DNA of 63,263 bases, filler included, from Folioceros fuciformis (Eukaryota): NCBI GenBank assembly GCA_049999805.1. It is 6 parts of 6 records of this genome, joined end to end, with 100 filler letters (N's around TTAATTAATTAA, not from the genome) between each part and the next. Parts side by side here need not be neighbours in the genome. Positions count along the whole stretch, not along the records: positions 39,851 to 54,600 come from JBNGIO010005926.1; positions 54,701 to 57,978 come from JBNGIO010005927.1; positions 58,079 to 63,263 come from JBNGIO010005944.1; 3 more parts are not named here. The stretch is one strand, 5' to 3'. The number at the start of each line of letters is the position of its first letter. The stretch's first letter is position 1. Positions 50,421 through 62,866 of the stretch are shown here, in pieces. The notes beneath the pieces were generated by a model. That model was not told the origin of the DNA. It did not search any database and was given only the letters and a program-made list of their open reading frames with translations. The translations under genes and the position numbers were made by a program.

Positions 50421-53400
50421 CTAAGTCTTCCCCTGCAACTGTTCACCCTTGGTGGTTGAGCTAGCCTCTAGGGGAGGAGCATGAGCAATGGTAAAGATAG
50501 AGAAGAGGTGGGAAGGAGTGGGATAAGCAGCCGGAACCTGGCCTGAAAACGGTAGCTTATTCAGCGGGATTAGCTCCCAGCCGAAATGGTTCCTCGGCCA
50601 TGAAAGACTGACCCTAGGGTGCTGGGGAAGGCCCTGAACTAGGAGGAAGTCTTGAGGAATATCGTGGGGCACCACGTATTCAAAATCAACATGTTCAACA
50701 TCACCTTGTTCCATACAGGGGTCCTCATATACTACCTCGTGGTCTATTTCCATGTCCCCCTCTCGAGCAGGAACAGAGGACTCAGGAGGGGGCTGCACTT
50801 GGGGAGCAGAACTAACAACTGGCGGCACCAAAATTGCTTGAGGGATAGGAGCCATAGGAGGAGGAGGAACACCACTAGTCAGAAAAGTAAAGGGCTGAAC
50901 AAAGGGATCAATAGAAGTATCACTAGAAGAGCGAGGAGTGCTCGAGCCAAAGGAAGCACCATCTTGCACGTCAAGAGGAGGCTCAAATGATGTCGCAAGA
51001 GCAAGCACTATCTTAGCTTCATCAAAGGTGACAATGCGGGCGTAGATAGGAATCCGAGAGTCCAAGTCCACAAGCTTGTAGGCTTTGCGGTCATCGCCAT
51101 AACCGACAAACACCAACTTGCGAGCACGAGCATCAAGCTTGTCGCGAAGCTGTGATGGGACAAGAGCATAGGTAGGGCAACCAAAAACACGAAGATGTGA
51201 AATTAAAGGCTTGCTCCCATGCTAACACTCATATGGAGTACGGCCAGAAACCGACTTGGTGAGGACTTTGTTCTTAATGTACACTGCAGTAGACATAGCC
51301 TCAGCCCAAAAGGACTTGGGTAGCTGGGACTGTGCCAGCATGGCACGAGCCATGGACATCAAATGGCCATAGGCCTTCTCAGCAACGCCGTTCTGCTCAG
51401 AAGTCTAGGGCACTGTAAACTGATGCAAGACACCACGCTGCTTGCAGAAGTTGCGAAACTCATGGTTGTTGAGTTCTCCCACATTGTCGGAGCGAATACA
51501 CCGAAGTGTACGGCCAGTTTGTAACTCAGCCATAGTAACAAAGGGTGAGAACACATTAAACGAGTCACTCTTAAGACGGATAGGAAACGCAAACGTATAT
51601 CGACTGAAGTCATCCACAATAGTCATAAAGTGATCCGCCTAAAGACGAGATAGGGAGAGGACCACATAAATCTACATGGACCAAATCAAGAGGTGCCAAA
51701 GACCAACGAGCAGGAAGAGTAGGATAAGGGGAACTTCGCTGTTTAGCAAGGACACAAGCTTCGTAGAGAGGCTTTGTTGACGGAAGCTTAGGAAGTTTGT
51801 CCTGGAACAAGTCTTGCTGGGAGTTGGCAAGCAATCGAGCAGGGTTGAGGTGCGCGAGCCGGCAATGCCACAAGAGAGCTGCACCTAGATGCGAGCTCCT
51901 ATGCGGCTAGTCTCCGTGAGAGGAAACCACCATAGAGGCAGCCGCTAAAAGCACGGGCTTGCTTGAAAAGACATATAAATCATGACAAGGATGACCTTTA
52001 GCAACAATAACTCGTGGGTTAGAAGTCCGAGATAACAGACAGCCTCCAGGGCCAAAGTTGAGGCGAAAGGATTCGTCCCGCATAGATGTCTAACAGAGAT
52101 AAGATACTTGGCCATGTGGGAAACATGTAGCACATTAGTAAGAAATAGCAAGGAACCATCATCCAAAGTGAAGGTGATGGAACCATGTCCTGCAATAGAA
52201 AGACCAGAGTCATCCCCAAGCAGTACGGAACGCTGAGTATTAGCAGACGCTGCATACGTAGCGAACATCGACTTGTGGCTATAGATATGCGCTGACGCAG
52301 CTGAATCTATCAGCCAGGAACTCTTGTACTCAAAGGTCACAAGACAAACAGTGAGAGAAACGCCAGGGTTAGAATGGTTCTTGGCCTTAGTCGAAACCAC
52401 CACGGTATTTGCCGTGCGAGGTTTGCGCTTGGCCTCACCAGCTTGCTTCTTCCTGCAATCCCTTTCCCAATGACCTGGGGACTGGCACCAGTTGCACGTA
52501 CCTTGCCACCTTGGTGTCTTCGACAAAGAGGGTGCTGAGGAAGCAGGCTTAGAAGTACCTGTGGAGTTATTCCTTCAATTGTTATTATTATAAGAATTCT
52601 TACGCTGCGATTGCCGTCCTTTGGAGCCAAACATGACCCTCTCTCCTCCATGTTTGGAAATCCTGATATTGAACCTGGCAGACTCCTCTTGAGGGAGTGC
52701 TCCAGCGATCTCGGACACGGTGATGTTGGGAACCATACCCAACTGCACAACCTGATGTGCATTTCTCACCGTTTGGTTTTGAGAGGAGACAAATGTCTGG
52801 TAGCTAGCCAGGAGGCTAGCCAATAACTGAACAGCAACTTCAAATTCGGTGATGGTTGTCCCAAGAGCAGCAAGCTGGGCTTGCAAATATCAAAACTTGC
52901 TAACGTGCTAAGCAACGATGTCATTGGGGCCCATGCGCAAAGAATAGAATTCCAGGCGTACCGTGACCAGCGTCATCACGTTCGCGGACTGATAGATGTC
53001 AGTGATTTGCTTCCAAGCTTCAACATATGTGGACGCACCATTAGTGTGATGTAAGGTAACCTTGTCGAGGCCAAAGATCAACATCTGCATAGCCTATCAA
53101 TCTTGATGAACCCAAGCATCAATGGCAGCCGGATTAGCGGAGGGCTTGGGAATGGTTCCCTCCACAATGGGGAGAAGATCTCGAGTGTTGAGCATAGTCT
53201 TCATGAGCTTTGACCACACCTCAAACTTCGTACCATTAAATCTATCCTTTTCCTTGAAGACATGTCTGTATTGATATTAACGATGTTGAAGTAAGGTTGA
53301 AGTGGGGGGATACCAACTGGGGGTGGAGGTGGTGGGTTGCCTGCTGGGCCATCAAAAGGTGGTGGGTTGATGGTTTGCCCACCTAGAGGTGGTGTGGGTG

Positions 53401-53470
53401 GTGACGGGGGTCTTGATCCTAGCCTTGGAGACCCAAAAAGCCCCGACCCAGAGGTAGAAGCGCTTGACAT
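50421..53470 (-). mobile_element. Ty1/copia gag-protease-integrase fragment, decayed and 3' truncated
   Basis: CNWCQSPGHWERDC knuckle, WLIDSAAS, WHCRLAH, DLVHVDLCGP, VDDFSRY, RSDNVGE, VFVGYG; no RT. Confidence 0.92.
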
Positions 53471-53840
53471 CTATTGTGGATTTTAAACCACAGCGTAAGC
53501 CGATGATACGTTATGATACAACGCCGAGAGTATGAGTGAAAGAAGAATCACAAGAGATTATGTAATAAAAGTATTACCCTTCGTCTTTTAGAATCCACCC
53601 ACCACAATTATTTCCTCCCTGTGGTGAGGAATGTGCAGCTGACTCTTCATTAAGCAAAAACAGCCTTTGCTCAAGCTTTCAAAAATTAAAAAAAATCAGA
53701 ACACTGTTTGCCAAGTTCAGGCCTTCCTCCTCGCAAATCCTGGGCCTGCTGTGGCTTCCACGGCCTGGTTGCCTCCAGTAGTTGCTGCTCCTCCTGAGTC
53801 TCTCTCCCTCTCGCCCCTCTCACGCGCTCTTGTGCCTGTG

Positions 53841-54600
53841 GTCATATGAGCGCACCATCACAGACCACATGAAGAATTGCGCGCCCTGCCACCTTCCTAA
53901 CCTAGACCCAACCATTGTCACCGCCGATTGGATTCCTCCTCAAGATTACCCATGCCACGTATGCCAGAGGATTGACGACATTGAGTTGATGCTACTTTGT
54001 GACCACTGCAACGGTGGTTACCATTTGTTCTGTCTCAATCCACCTCTCTCAAAAGTTCTTGAGCAGCTTTGGTACTACTGTGGAGGCAAAACCCCGGGCA
54101 CTGATTGCCAATGGGTTCCACCTTTAGTGGCCACACTTATCCCACTGTCGTTGAGACATTGGGTTTCGTTCCCACGAAGGAGCGATGGGGTTCCTTGCTG
54201 CTGTGGATGGAGGGTCGAACTTGATCAACTCGACGATGGATTTGAGGGCTCCCCTCTAGCTCCGATCAGGCGTAGGACATGCCTCGCTGTCCGGTGGTCA
54301 GCTGCACCTCTCTCGGTGCCCACAAACTCACTCCAGTCACTACAACGACTCTAACCTCTCAGATCTGCGACTTCCTTCACTCACTTCACTCACTCTCTCG
54401 CTCCAGCACCAACACCAACAACTACCAGCAACCAGCAACGACACCACTACCTTCTACACTTCCCTACGGACTCCTCCTACCCGGCAAGAGTCACTAGACT
54501 AACCCCAAACAAAAGGAAGAAGGGAACACACTCCCCTCTTGGGTATCTCCTCCCCACAACCTTACCAGACGCCATGAGACATGGCCGGCCTACAGCACTT
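53841..54600 (+). repeat. Second copy of 49035-49794 (PHD plus LTR junction)
   Basis: 760-bp block with no differences seen by eye; identical translations; ends at a linker gap. Confidence 0.92.
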
Positions 54601-54700
54601 NNNNNNNNNNNNNNNNNNNNNNNNNNNNNNNNNNNNNNNNNNNNTTAATTAATTAANNNNNNNNNNNNNNNNNNNNNNNNNNNNNNNNNNNNNNNNNNNN

Positions 54701-57700
54701 GAGACAGTCACCTTGGTGAGTATCGTCCCCAACAGCCCATTGGTTTTCTCCGTCAGCCCATTGGCCTTGGGGTTGTATGGAGTCGTCTTCCGATGTCGAA
54801 TGTTGAAGTAGCGGGTGAGCGATGCTATAACCGTGTTCAGAAAATGGGTTCCGCGGTCGCTCACCAGCTCCAACGGACACCCATACCTAGTGATGATGTT
54901 TTCGAATAGGAATTTGGCCACGGTTGATGCATCATCCTTGCGGGTCGCCTCTGCTTCCACCATCTTCGTGCAATAGTCGGTGGCAACCAAGATATACTGT
55001 TTGCGTGTCTGCTGCGTTGGAGGTCGGATGGGTCCGACGAAGTCTATTCCCCATTTTTCGAAGGGTGCCAGGGGCAGAATATAGGTTAGGGGCCACTGCG
55101 TGCCTAGGGTCGGTCTCCCAACCCGCTGGCAAGCGTCACAACGCTTGATGTACTCCCAGACGTCTCTATGCAGGGTCGTCCACCAAAATCCCGTATCCAA
55201 GATCTTCTTGGCAGTCACCTGGACTGAGTAGTGACCGCCCGCCTCTTCAGCATGTAAGGCCTCGACTACCAATATGGCCTCCGCCGGCTCCAAACACCTG
55301 CGAATTTTTCCATCGGGGCCCATCTTGTACAATATCTCATGCTTCAGGCAATAGGGTCCTACCTTATGTAGAAAAACGGCTCGCCCTTCCCTGCTCAGGT
55401 CAGCGGGAATGACCCCATGGGCCAGGAATTGACGAACTTCCTGATAGGTGGGTGGCCCGGTGCCCGAACGACCAATTCGTTCCCCCCGGGTGCGTCGTTG
55501 TGTACGGGTGGATCCGCGGCTTCTTCCCTGGCGTGGATGGGAGGTCGGGGGATCTCTAATCACGGCGGCTTGCGCCCCCCCTTGAGGCGGTGATTCTCCG
55601 CAAGCCTCAACGTTGGGTACTTCTGTCGAACTCCCTCGAGGACCCACCTGAGTAGGTTTGTTCTCGTCGTTGATCACTGCCACTAGTTCTTCGTCGGGGA
55701 AACGGTCATCCGTCTCTCGCACCCTTCCGCTCGTCTTAAGCCTTGAAAGGAAGTCCGCATTGACATGTTTCTTCCCCGCTCGAGTTTCCACTTCGAAGTC
55801 GTATTCTTGGAGGAGTAGGATCCACCTGGCGATTCTTCCCGAAAGGTCCGGCTTGTTGACCAAGTGAAAAGTGATCCACATGGAACACTGCCTTGCACGC
55901 CAACAGGTAATGTCGGAATTTCTTGCAGGCATAGATGATGCCTAACGCTTCTCGTTCAGTCGTTGAATAATTCCGCTCTGCATTAGTCAGTTGCCTGCTA
56001 GCGTAAAAGATGGGATGGTCACGACTCTGGGCGTCCCGCTGGCTGAGGATAGCGCCGATGGCGTAAGCGGACACATCCACGTCCACGTGGAACGTCTTCT
56101 CCCAGTTCGGAGGTTGTAACGTTGGTGCCCGAACTAGGCCTGCCTTCAATTGTTGGAATGCTGCCTGTCTCTCAGCGGTCCACTCGAAAGGGACGTCTTT
56201 CTTGGTGAGCTGGGTAAGAGGAGCAGCCTTCTTGGCAAAGTTGCCGATGAAGCGGCGGTAATATCCTACCAAACCGACAAAGGCGCTGACGAAGGGGTAA
56301 CCCTACACTTGGTCAACTAACTAGCCGAGTTAGNNNNNNNNNNCTCTCTCGCCCTCCGGCTCTCACCTCCCGCTACATGCGAACTTAACAGGCGCGTACC
56401 TGTCTCACGTTTTGCGGGGCGTCCATCTCAGCGATTACTTTGACCTTCTCGTGGTCCACCTGTAGTCCCCGTGCTGACACTCGATGAGCCAGTAGGATGC
56501 CTTCCGTCATCCCGAAGTAGCACTTGCCGGGGTGGAGCTTGAGATTGGTTTCCCGGCACCTCCGCAGACACTTCCGTAGGTGATCCAAGTGCAGTTCTCG
56601 CTTCCCAAATACGCAAAAGTCGTCTAAGAAGACTTCCATGATCTTTCGGAGTAAGTCCTTGAAAATGGTATTCACCACTCTCTGAAAGGTCGCGGGGGCA
56701 TTGCAGAGACCAAAAGGAAGCTTAGAGTACGCAAAGGTTCCCCAATCCGTCGTGAAGGTGGTCTTCTCCTGATCTTCTTTTCGCAAAGAAATCTGATTGT
56801 AACCAGAATACCCATCCAGGAAGCTGTACATCTCGTGGCCCGCTACGGTATCCAGCACGCTGTCCAAGAAGGGCAAAGGGTGGTGATCCTTCTTGGTGAC
56901 CTCATTCAGTTTACGGAAGTCCTGGCAGACCCTGACCTTCCCCGGCTGTTTCTTGGGTACTACCACAATGGGAGCCACCCAATCACTGGTGTGGACGGGG
57001 TAGATTACTCCCGCCTCTAGATACTGGTCCAATTGTTCTTTCACCACCATCGAATACTTGGGATTCAACCGATATTGTCTCACCCTCACTGGAGTGCTTC
57101 CTTCCTTCAGGTCGATACGATGAATTCCCAACTCTTCTGGTATTCCAGTCATATCGGTTACTTTGAACGCGAATACATCAATGTATTCATGTAGGAGGGC
57201 CTTCATCTCCTCTCGCTCCTCGGGTCGCAAGTGTTTGGACACTTTGACACTCTTACCAGGCTCAAGTTCCATTTCTTCCACCGCATCGGGGTCGACATAG
57301 ACCCCCTCGGGGCTGCTGCCTACACTCGTCCCGGATCCCCATTCGGGAAAATCCTGATTAAAAGTTCGCCCCTTCCAAAAAACCGAGCCTTCCTCCATCC
57401 TATCTTCCACGATCGCATCCACCCGATAACATCGCGGGTCGTCATCGTGCCCCTCCTCCGCGTAGAGTCCTTGATACGTCCCCGAGGAGCTGTCGCCTGT
57501 TCCTCCGGACGTGTAACCTGCTGTGGGCGGTTCAGTCTCCCCTCCGTAGGGCGCTCTGCTCCAGGAGACAAAAGCGGTCCCCTTGACCCCTGCTTGTCGA
57601 GTTGTAAAGGTGACGCCTCGCCTCCCGAAATCGAAGACACAAGCGGTGCCGTACAGCCATGGCCTTCCCAGGAGGACCTTATACCCCAAATCAGACATAG

Positions 57701-57978
57701 GGCGCATAACGATGTAAGTCAGATAGAAGGTGACTCCTCCGATCACTGTGGGCAAATCCCGAAGTACTCCCAAGGGTTTCCTCTTGGTTTGATCAGCCAT
57801 GCGTAGATAAACTCGGGCTGGTGTGAACTCCGTAAGACCTAGACGATGCGCTGTTTCTTCAGTCATCAAGTTGACCCCAGACCCGGTATCCAATGGTACC
57901 TCCGCGATTAGGCAGCCTGCCACCTCAATCTCGATTTCAGGCGCTCCGCGATCCACCAACTCCACCAGATTGACTTCC
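54701..57978 (-). mobile_element. Ty3/gypsy pol fragment (PR-RT-RH-INT), non-chromovirus (Athila/Tat-like) RT signature
   Basis: LDTGSGVN, VRVCQDFRKLN, SFLDGYSGYNQI, PFGLCNAPATFQR, FLDDF, NYSTTEREALG, GGHYS..CDACQR, WGIDFVGP, SDRGTHF; long open frames. Confidence 0.94.
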
Positions 57979-58078
57979 NNNNNNNNNNNNNNNNNNNNNN
58001 NNNNNNNNNNNNNNNNNNNNNNTTAATTAATTAANNNNNNNNNNNNNNNNNNNNNNNNNNNNNNNNNNNNNNNNNNNN

Positions 58079-58189
58079 TTAACTAGACACTAATCTTAGA
58101 CTAAACACATTAGTCTAAGCACATTAACTAGACACTAATCTTAGACTAAACACATTAGCCTAAGCACATTGGGCTTTAATAACTCTACA
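58079..58189 (-). repeat. 5' end of a copia-family LTR (family of 60726 and 62576) in reverse orientation
   Basis: The reverse complement begins TGTAGAGTTATTAAAGCCCAATGTG and carries the same TTAGACTAA/TTAGTCTAA repeats. Confidence 0.88.
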
Positions 58190-58440
58190 GAAGTTGTGTG
58201 ACCTTTATGAGAAGCAAAGTGCGGCTTCTCAAGTGTACTGGTTGAAACAGCTGGTGGACTTGAAGATAAAGGAAGGAACGAGGATGTCCGATCATCTGAA
58301 TGTGTTCAATACTATTTTCAGCCAGCTCTCATCTCAAGGTATCTCGTTCCCAGATTCCGTGAGAGCTATGTTTCTGTTGGTCACATTACCAGAGAGCTGG
58401 GACACCTTTCGTACACCTCTGAGTAATTCCGCTACTAGCT
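58190..58440 (+). mobile_element. Copia gag fragment
   Basis: KLCDLYEKQSAASQVYWLKQLVDLKIKEG..SDHLNVFN..LLVTLPESWDTF is typical of copia gag. Confidence 0.85.
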
Positions 58441-58683
58441 CTGAGTAATTCCCCTGCTGACCAGCTAGTTACCTTTGACCTGAATTAGTAGTATTTAATA
58501 ATTACGAACGGGTGTGCCTCTTCGGAAGAGACACCCAGTGACACTATTTAAGACACACATTGTATACACCTTTTAGAGACTAACACGAAATATCTCTCTG
58601 AGCATTGCATCTTGATCATGCTAGACTAGATGCAATCCTAATCATGCTAGATTCGATGCAATCCTACTGCTAGGATTTTAACA

Positions 58684-58695
58684 TGGTATCAGAGC
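58684..58695 (+). other. tRNA-iMet primer-binding site after an LTR end
   Basis: TTTTAACA followed by TGGTATCAGAGC; the upstream LTR start is not determined. Confidence 0.85.
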
Positions 58696-58852
58696 AAGGA
58701 CTTCTTTTATAATTGTCTTGCATTATGGTTGGGCATCTATTGTCAAGTAGTGTACGACCTCTTAGCGACCCCCTCCATAGATTTGTAGAAGACAACATGG
58801 ACCCAATCCATCAGTAGAGAGCAAATCCAAATTGATGGATGAAAAAAGGGAG

Positions 58853-58950
58853 AAAAAAAAGATGAGTGCACCAAAACAGGTCTCCCATCCGAGTGCTAAT
58901 TCGACCCCAGGATGCTTAGCTCTGAAGTTTTGAAAGGGCACGGGCTACCC
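58853..58950 (-). pseudogene. Diverged 5S rRNA-derived segment with Pol III A/C boxes and an oligo-T tract
   Basis: The minus strand reads CCCTTTCAAAACTTCAGAGCTAAGCATCCTGGGGTCGAATTAGCACTCGGATGGGAGACC...TTTTTTTT, colinear with the 5S core CCCATCAGAACTCCGCAGTTAAGCGTGCTTGGGCGAGAGTAGTACTAGGATGGGTGACC (recalled consensus). Confidence 0.7.
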
Positions 58951-60038
58951 TCTCTACTCTCCTTGAGGACGATTTTAAGGTGTATATTTTTTGTACATAT
59001 CAATCGTTGGGAGCGTAAATGAAACCAGGGAGGATCTTTGGGAACACCGATCGGAGGCGCCGATGCCCCGCTCACAGCGATTTCAAGCCAGGGCTAGTCG
59101 CGCCTACAGGACGCCCTTCCTCTGCCAAGAATTAGGCGCCTCAACTCACGAGAAATTGCTGATTGGAGCCTGATTGGGGAAGAGGGGGATTGGAGCTCGG
59201 TTGATCATAGTATCTCTAAACTGGCTCAATTTCCCCCAATCTGTAGGAGTGTAGGGGGAAAAGGTATTGCCACAGAGGATCTGCCCCCTATTACTCAACT
59301 TCTGCCAAATGGTGCCAGAATCGAACAAACTCCGTCGAGAATTGAGGCGGATCTAAGGGGGTGTGGAAGATTTCAGGATGAGAAGCAATTCTAGGCTGAT
59401 CCTGACCTGAAATACACCAAATTCAGACACAGGGCTTTGCAAGAGGAGGCGCCCCAGCTCATTGATCTACCGCCCGTAGCCGATTGCACTTGTTGCAGGT
59501 GCTGGAGGCAATCGCAACAAGGCGCAAGGTGGTGCGAGGTGCAAGGCAACAAGGCGCTCTTGCCTCGCTGCCTCCCTGGTTCACCCGCAGGCGAAACGTT
59601 ATCCAACTTAAGTTGGATAAGAATTCAGGTAAGGGGGGGCAACGAAACGGAGTGTCTCGTTTCACGGAACGGCACACCCATTGAACGGAACGGTGCGCCC
59701 GTTCCGAATGGGTGCCACCCCGTTACTCTCCATCGGGTTTAATATGTTTTTTTTCTTTGACAGTTTTTTTTTTTTGCCAATATCTGAAAAAAAAAAGGAA
59801 GAGGAAGACACTGAACGTGAAGCACGCCCATACCCCAAGAGGAATTAAAAGAAAGCAAGAGAGGGATAATTATTTTCTTTGAGGATCTTTTGTCGGCACT
59901 TGTGGAGGAGGGACGCTTCGTTTTTTCGTTCCCGTGATGAGGACTCAACTTGATGTCCTATGACCACAACTCACGAAGATGTGGTGAATTAGGTTATACA
60001 ACCCTTCAACTCGCTTTCGCTTGATGCTACTGGCTACC

Positions 60039-60470
60039 ATGGCCAGTACTCCCTCCACCGGCTTGATTCCCGTCTTCACCGACCACATTAAAGAGAAAGA
60101 CCGATTCAACGGCCAACACTACCCTGTGTGGCGCATTCAGATGAAGTCAATCCTTATTGGCCGAGGCATTCAGAAGATCGTCGACGGCACGCTTTCAAAG
60201 CCCGACCCTTCTGCCACTCCACCCCCGCGAGTCGCCGTCGTTGAGAGATGGGACTATTTGAATGGCATAGCTATGGCACTCCTGATTAGCGGCTTGGATT
60301 CAAGTCTTGTGCCTAGTGTTGAATTTCTCTCAGATGCATCTGCCATCTGGGACCAGTTGTCTAATACCAACAATGTTAACAATGTTCTAACCTTGTATAG
60401 TATAAGGCAGGAATTCAACTCCTTAAGGATGAAGGAGACATATACGATCTCTGCTCACACCTTGAAGTTT
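60039..60470 (+). mobile_element. Copia gag N-terminal fragment
   Basis: KEKDRFNGQHYPVWRIQMKSILIGRGIQKIVDG...ASAIWDQL...FNSLRMKE; joins abruptly to integrase sequence at ~60470. Confidence 0.85.
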
Positions 60471-62866
60471 AGAATAGGACCATCCAGGAGAGGATGCGTA
60501 GTTTGTTGTCAAACTCTGGATTGCCTAACGGATTTTGGGCAGAAGCAATGGTTAATGCAATGCATCTTATTAATAGATCTCCTAATAGGGCTGTGGATGA
60601 GTAGGTTCCAACGGAGATGTGGTCTGGTAAGAAGCCGTCTTACAAACTTATATGAGTGTTTGGCTGCAACGCATACTACCATGTTCCGAAGGAGTTTTGA
60701 GACAAGTTGGACACCAAGTCAAGAATGTAGGGTTATTAAAGCCCAATGTGGTTAGACTAATGTGATTAGTCTAATTAGACTAATGTGATTAGTCTAATNN
60801 NNNNNNNNNNNNNNNNNNNNNNNNNNNNNNNNNNNNNNNNNNNNNNNNNNNNNNNNNNNNNNNNNNNNNNNNNNNNNNNNNNNNNNNNNNNNNNNNNNGA
60901 TTAGTCTAAGATTAGTGTCTAATTAGACTAATGTGATTAGTCTAAGATTAGTGTCTAATTAGACTAATGTGATTAGTCTAAGATTAGTGTCTAATTAGAC
61001 TAATGTGATTAGTCTAAGATTAGTGTCTAATTAAGTATCATTAGTTTAGATTAGCTTAAGCTAATCTTTAAGAAGCCTCCTACATAGCTTCCTATGAGCT
61101 TCATGTGAAGCTTCCTTGGGAGCTTTTCTAGAGGGTATAAATACCCTCTTGAGCCCCCTTTGCAATAGAGCTGAGAGAGACACTGTGAGACCTCTCTTTC
61201 TCCTCTCCTCCTCTCTTCTTCTCTTCTCTCCTTCACCATGCTCCTCTATCGACCCTTTCAAAGAAAATGTATTTTTCTTGACTACGGTGAATCTGGTGAG
61301 ATGGGATATGGTCTATGGATCCAGAGGCCAAGAGGGTAATTCGCAGCAATGTTGTGTTCTTCAATGAGACCAAGATGCACAAGAAGCCTACTCCAACTGT
61401 GGAGGTGCGTCGGGTGGTCTTCCAAGAAGATGGACTTGACCGTCCCGCGCAGGTTGAACGTCGTGATGTGCAGGAACAAGTTCCTCCACTTGTAGAAGAG
61501 GAGAGAGTGCAACCACCTCCGGTCAAGGCGCCAATGCCAAGAGCCTTTATGGTTTGAAGCAGGCACTCAGGGAGTGGTATTTCAAGTTCCACACATTTAT
61601 GCTTTCTCCAGGCTACAAGCGTAGCGAGGAGGACCATTGCCTCTATACAAAGCAAGCTAAGGATGGAAGCTTGCTCATTCTGGTCCTCTATGTGGATGAT
61701 ATGCTAATTAAGGGTTTAGGGACTAGCAATGATGAGATTTCAGCGTTGAAGTCAAAGTTGAATGCCCGCTTTGACATGATAGACTCGGGAGAGGCAAGCC
61801 ATATACTTGGCATGCGTATTTGTTGAGACAGACAGAAGCATTTGCTTTACTTGTCTCAGACTGAATACATTTTCAAGGTGCTTCAACGTTTCAATGTGGA
61901 GAAGGGGAAGGTATTGAGTACTCTGTTGCCTCCATATGTGAAACTTTCAAGCAAGGATTGCCCAAGCTCTGCGGAGGACAAAGTTGAAATGCAGAAGGTT
62001 CCATACTCATTAGCTGTAGGGAGTTTGATGTATGCAATGATTGCTACACGTCCTGACATTGCTTTTGTAGTAAGAGTGGTTAGCAGGTTTATGTCAAACC
62101 CTAGCAGGAAGCATTGGGAGGCAGTGAAAGGAGTTATGAGGTACTTGAATGGTATGAAAGCTTTGTGCTTATGTTTTGGTAGTGAAGATGCATCTTTCGT
62201 GGGATATATGGATGTTGATTATGCAGGGGATATGGACAAAAGGAAGTCCACATCGGGTTATGTCTTCATGTGCACCGGAGGGGCAGTCTCATGGCGATCT
62301 CGTTTGCAATCATGCATAACGCTATCTATCACAAAGGCCGAGTATGATGCAGCGACTGAGGCTTGCAAGGAAGCCATGTGGCTTGCTCGTTTAGCGGGAG
62401 ATTTGGGGATCAAGGTTGAGCTACCAGTGTTGCATTGTGATAGCTAGAGTGCTATCCAGTTGGCGAAGAATCCAATGTTTCATGCGCTTCGGAGCAATTC
62501 ACATAAGCTCAAACACTCATAGGCATGAGGTAGACCACTCTCCTATGAAGGTAAATTGGCCTTTACGTGGGACGTTGTAGGGTTAATAAAGCCCAATGTT
62601 CTTAGACTAATGTGTTTGGTCTAAGATTAGTGTGTAGTTAAGTACCATTAGTTTAGATTAGCTTAAGCTAATCTGTAGGAAGCTTCTTGCGCAGCTTCAT
62701 GTGCACTTCTTGTGAAGCTTCCTAGGGAGCTCTTCTAGAGGGTATAAATACCCCCTTAAGCTTCCTTGCTATTGAGACTCATTGTGAGAGTGTGACCTCT
62801 CTTTCTCCTCTCCTCCTTGCCTCCTCTTCTCCTCCTTCACCATGTAGCTCCTGAAGCGATCCTTCA
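60471..62866 (+). mobile_element. Copia 3' half (INT end, internally deleted RT, RNaseH, 3' LTR 62576-62866)
   Basis: FWAEAMVNAMHLINRSP, DKLDTKSR|KCIFLDYG, SLYGLKQ, LYVDDML, TRPDIAF, DVDYAGD; LTR TGTAGG...CCTTCA. Confidence 0.9.
60726..61260 (+). mobile_element. Solo LTR with an expanded palindromic tandem repeat
   Basis: TGTAGG...CTTTCA flanked by TSD AAGAA (60721-60725, 61261-61265); removing it restores the integrase frame; contains an N gap. Confidence 0.88.

Noticed and set aside
58853-58950. Functional 5S rRNA gene
   Set aside because: The 5' and 3' terminal helix sequences do not match 5S and there is no tandem array; kept only as a derived segment.
60752-61033. CRISPR-like palindromic repeat array
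   Set aside because: No unique spacers and no cas genes; it lies in a eukaryotic LTR.
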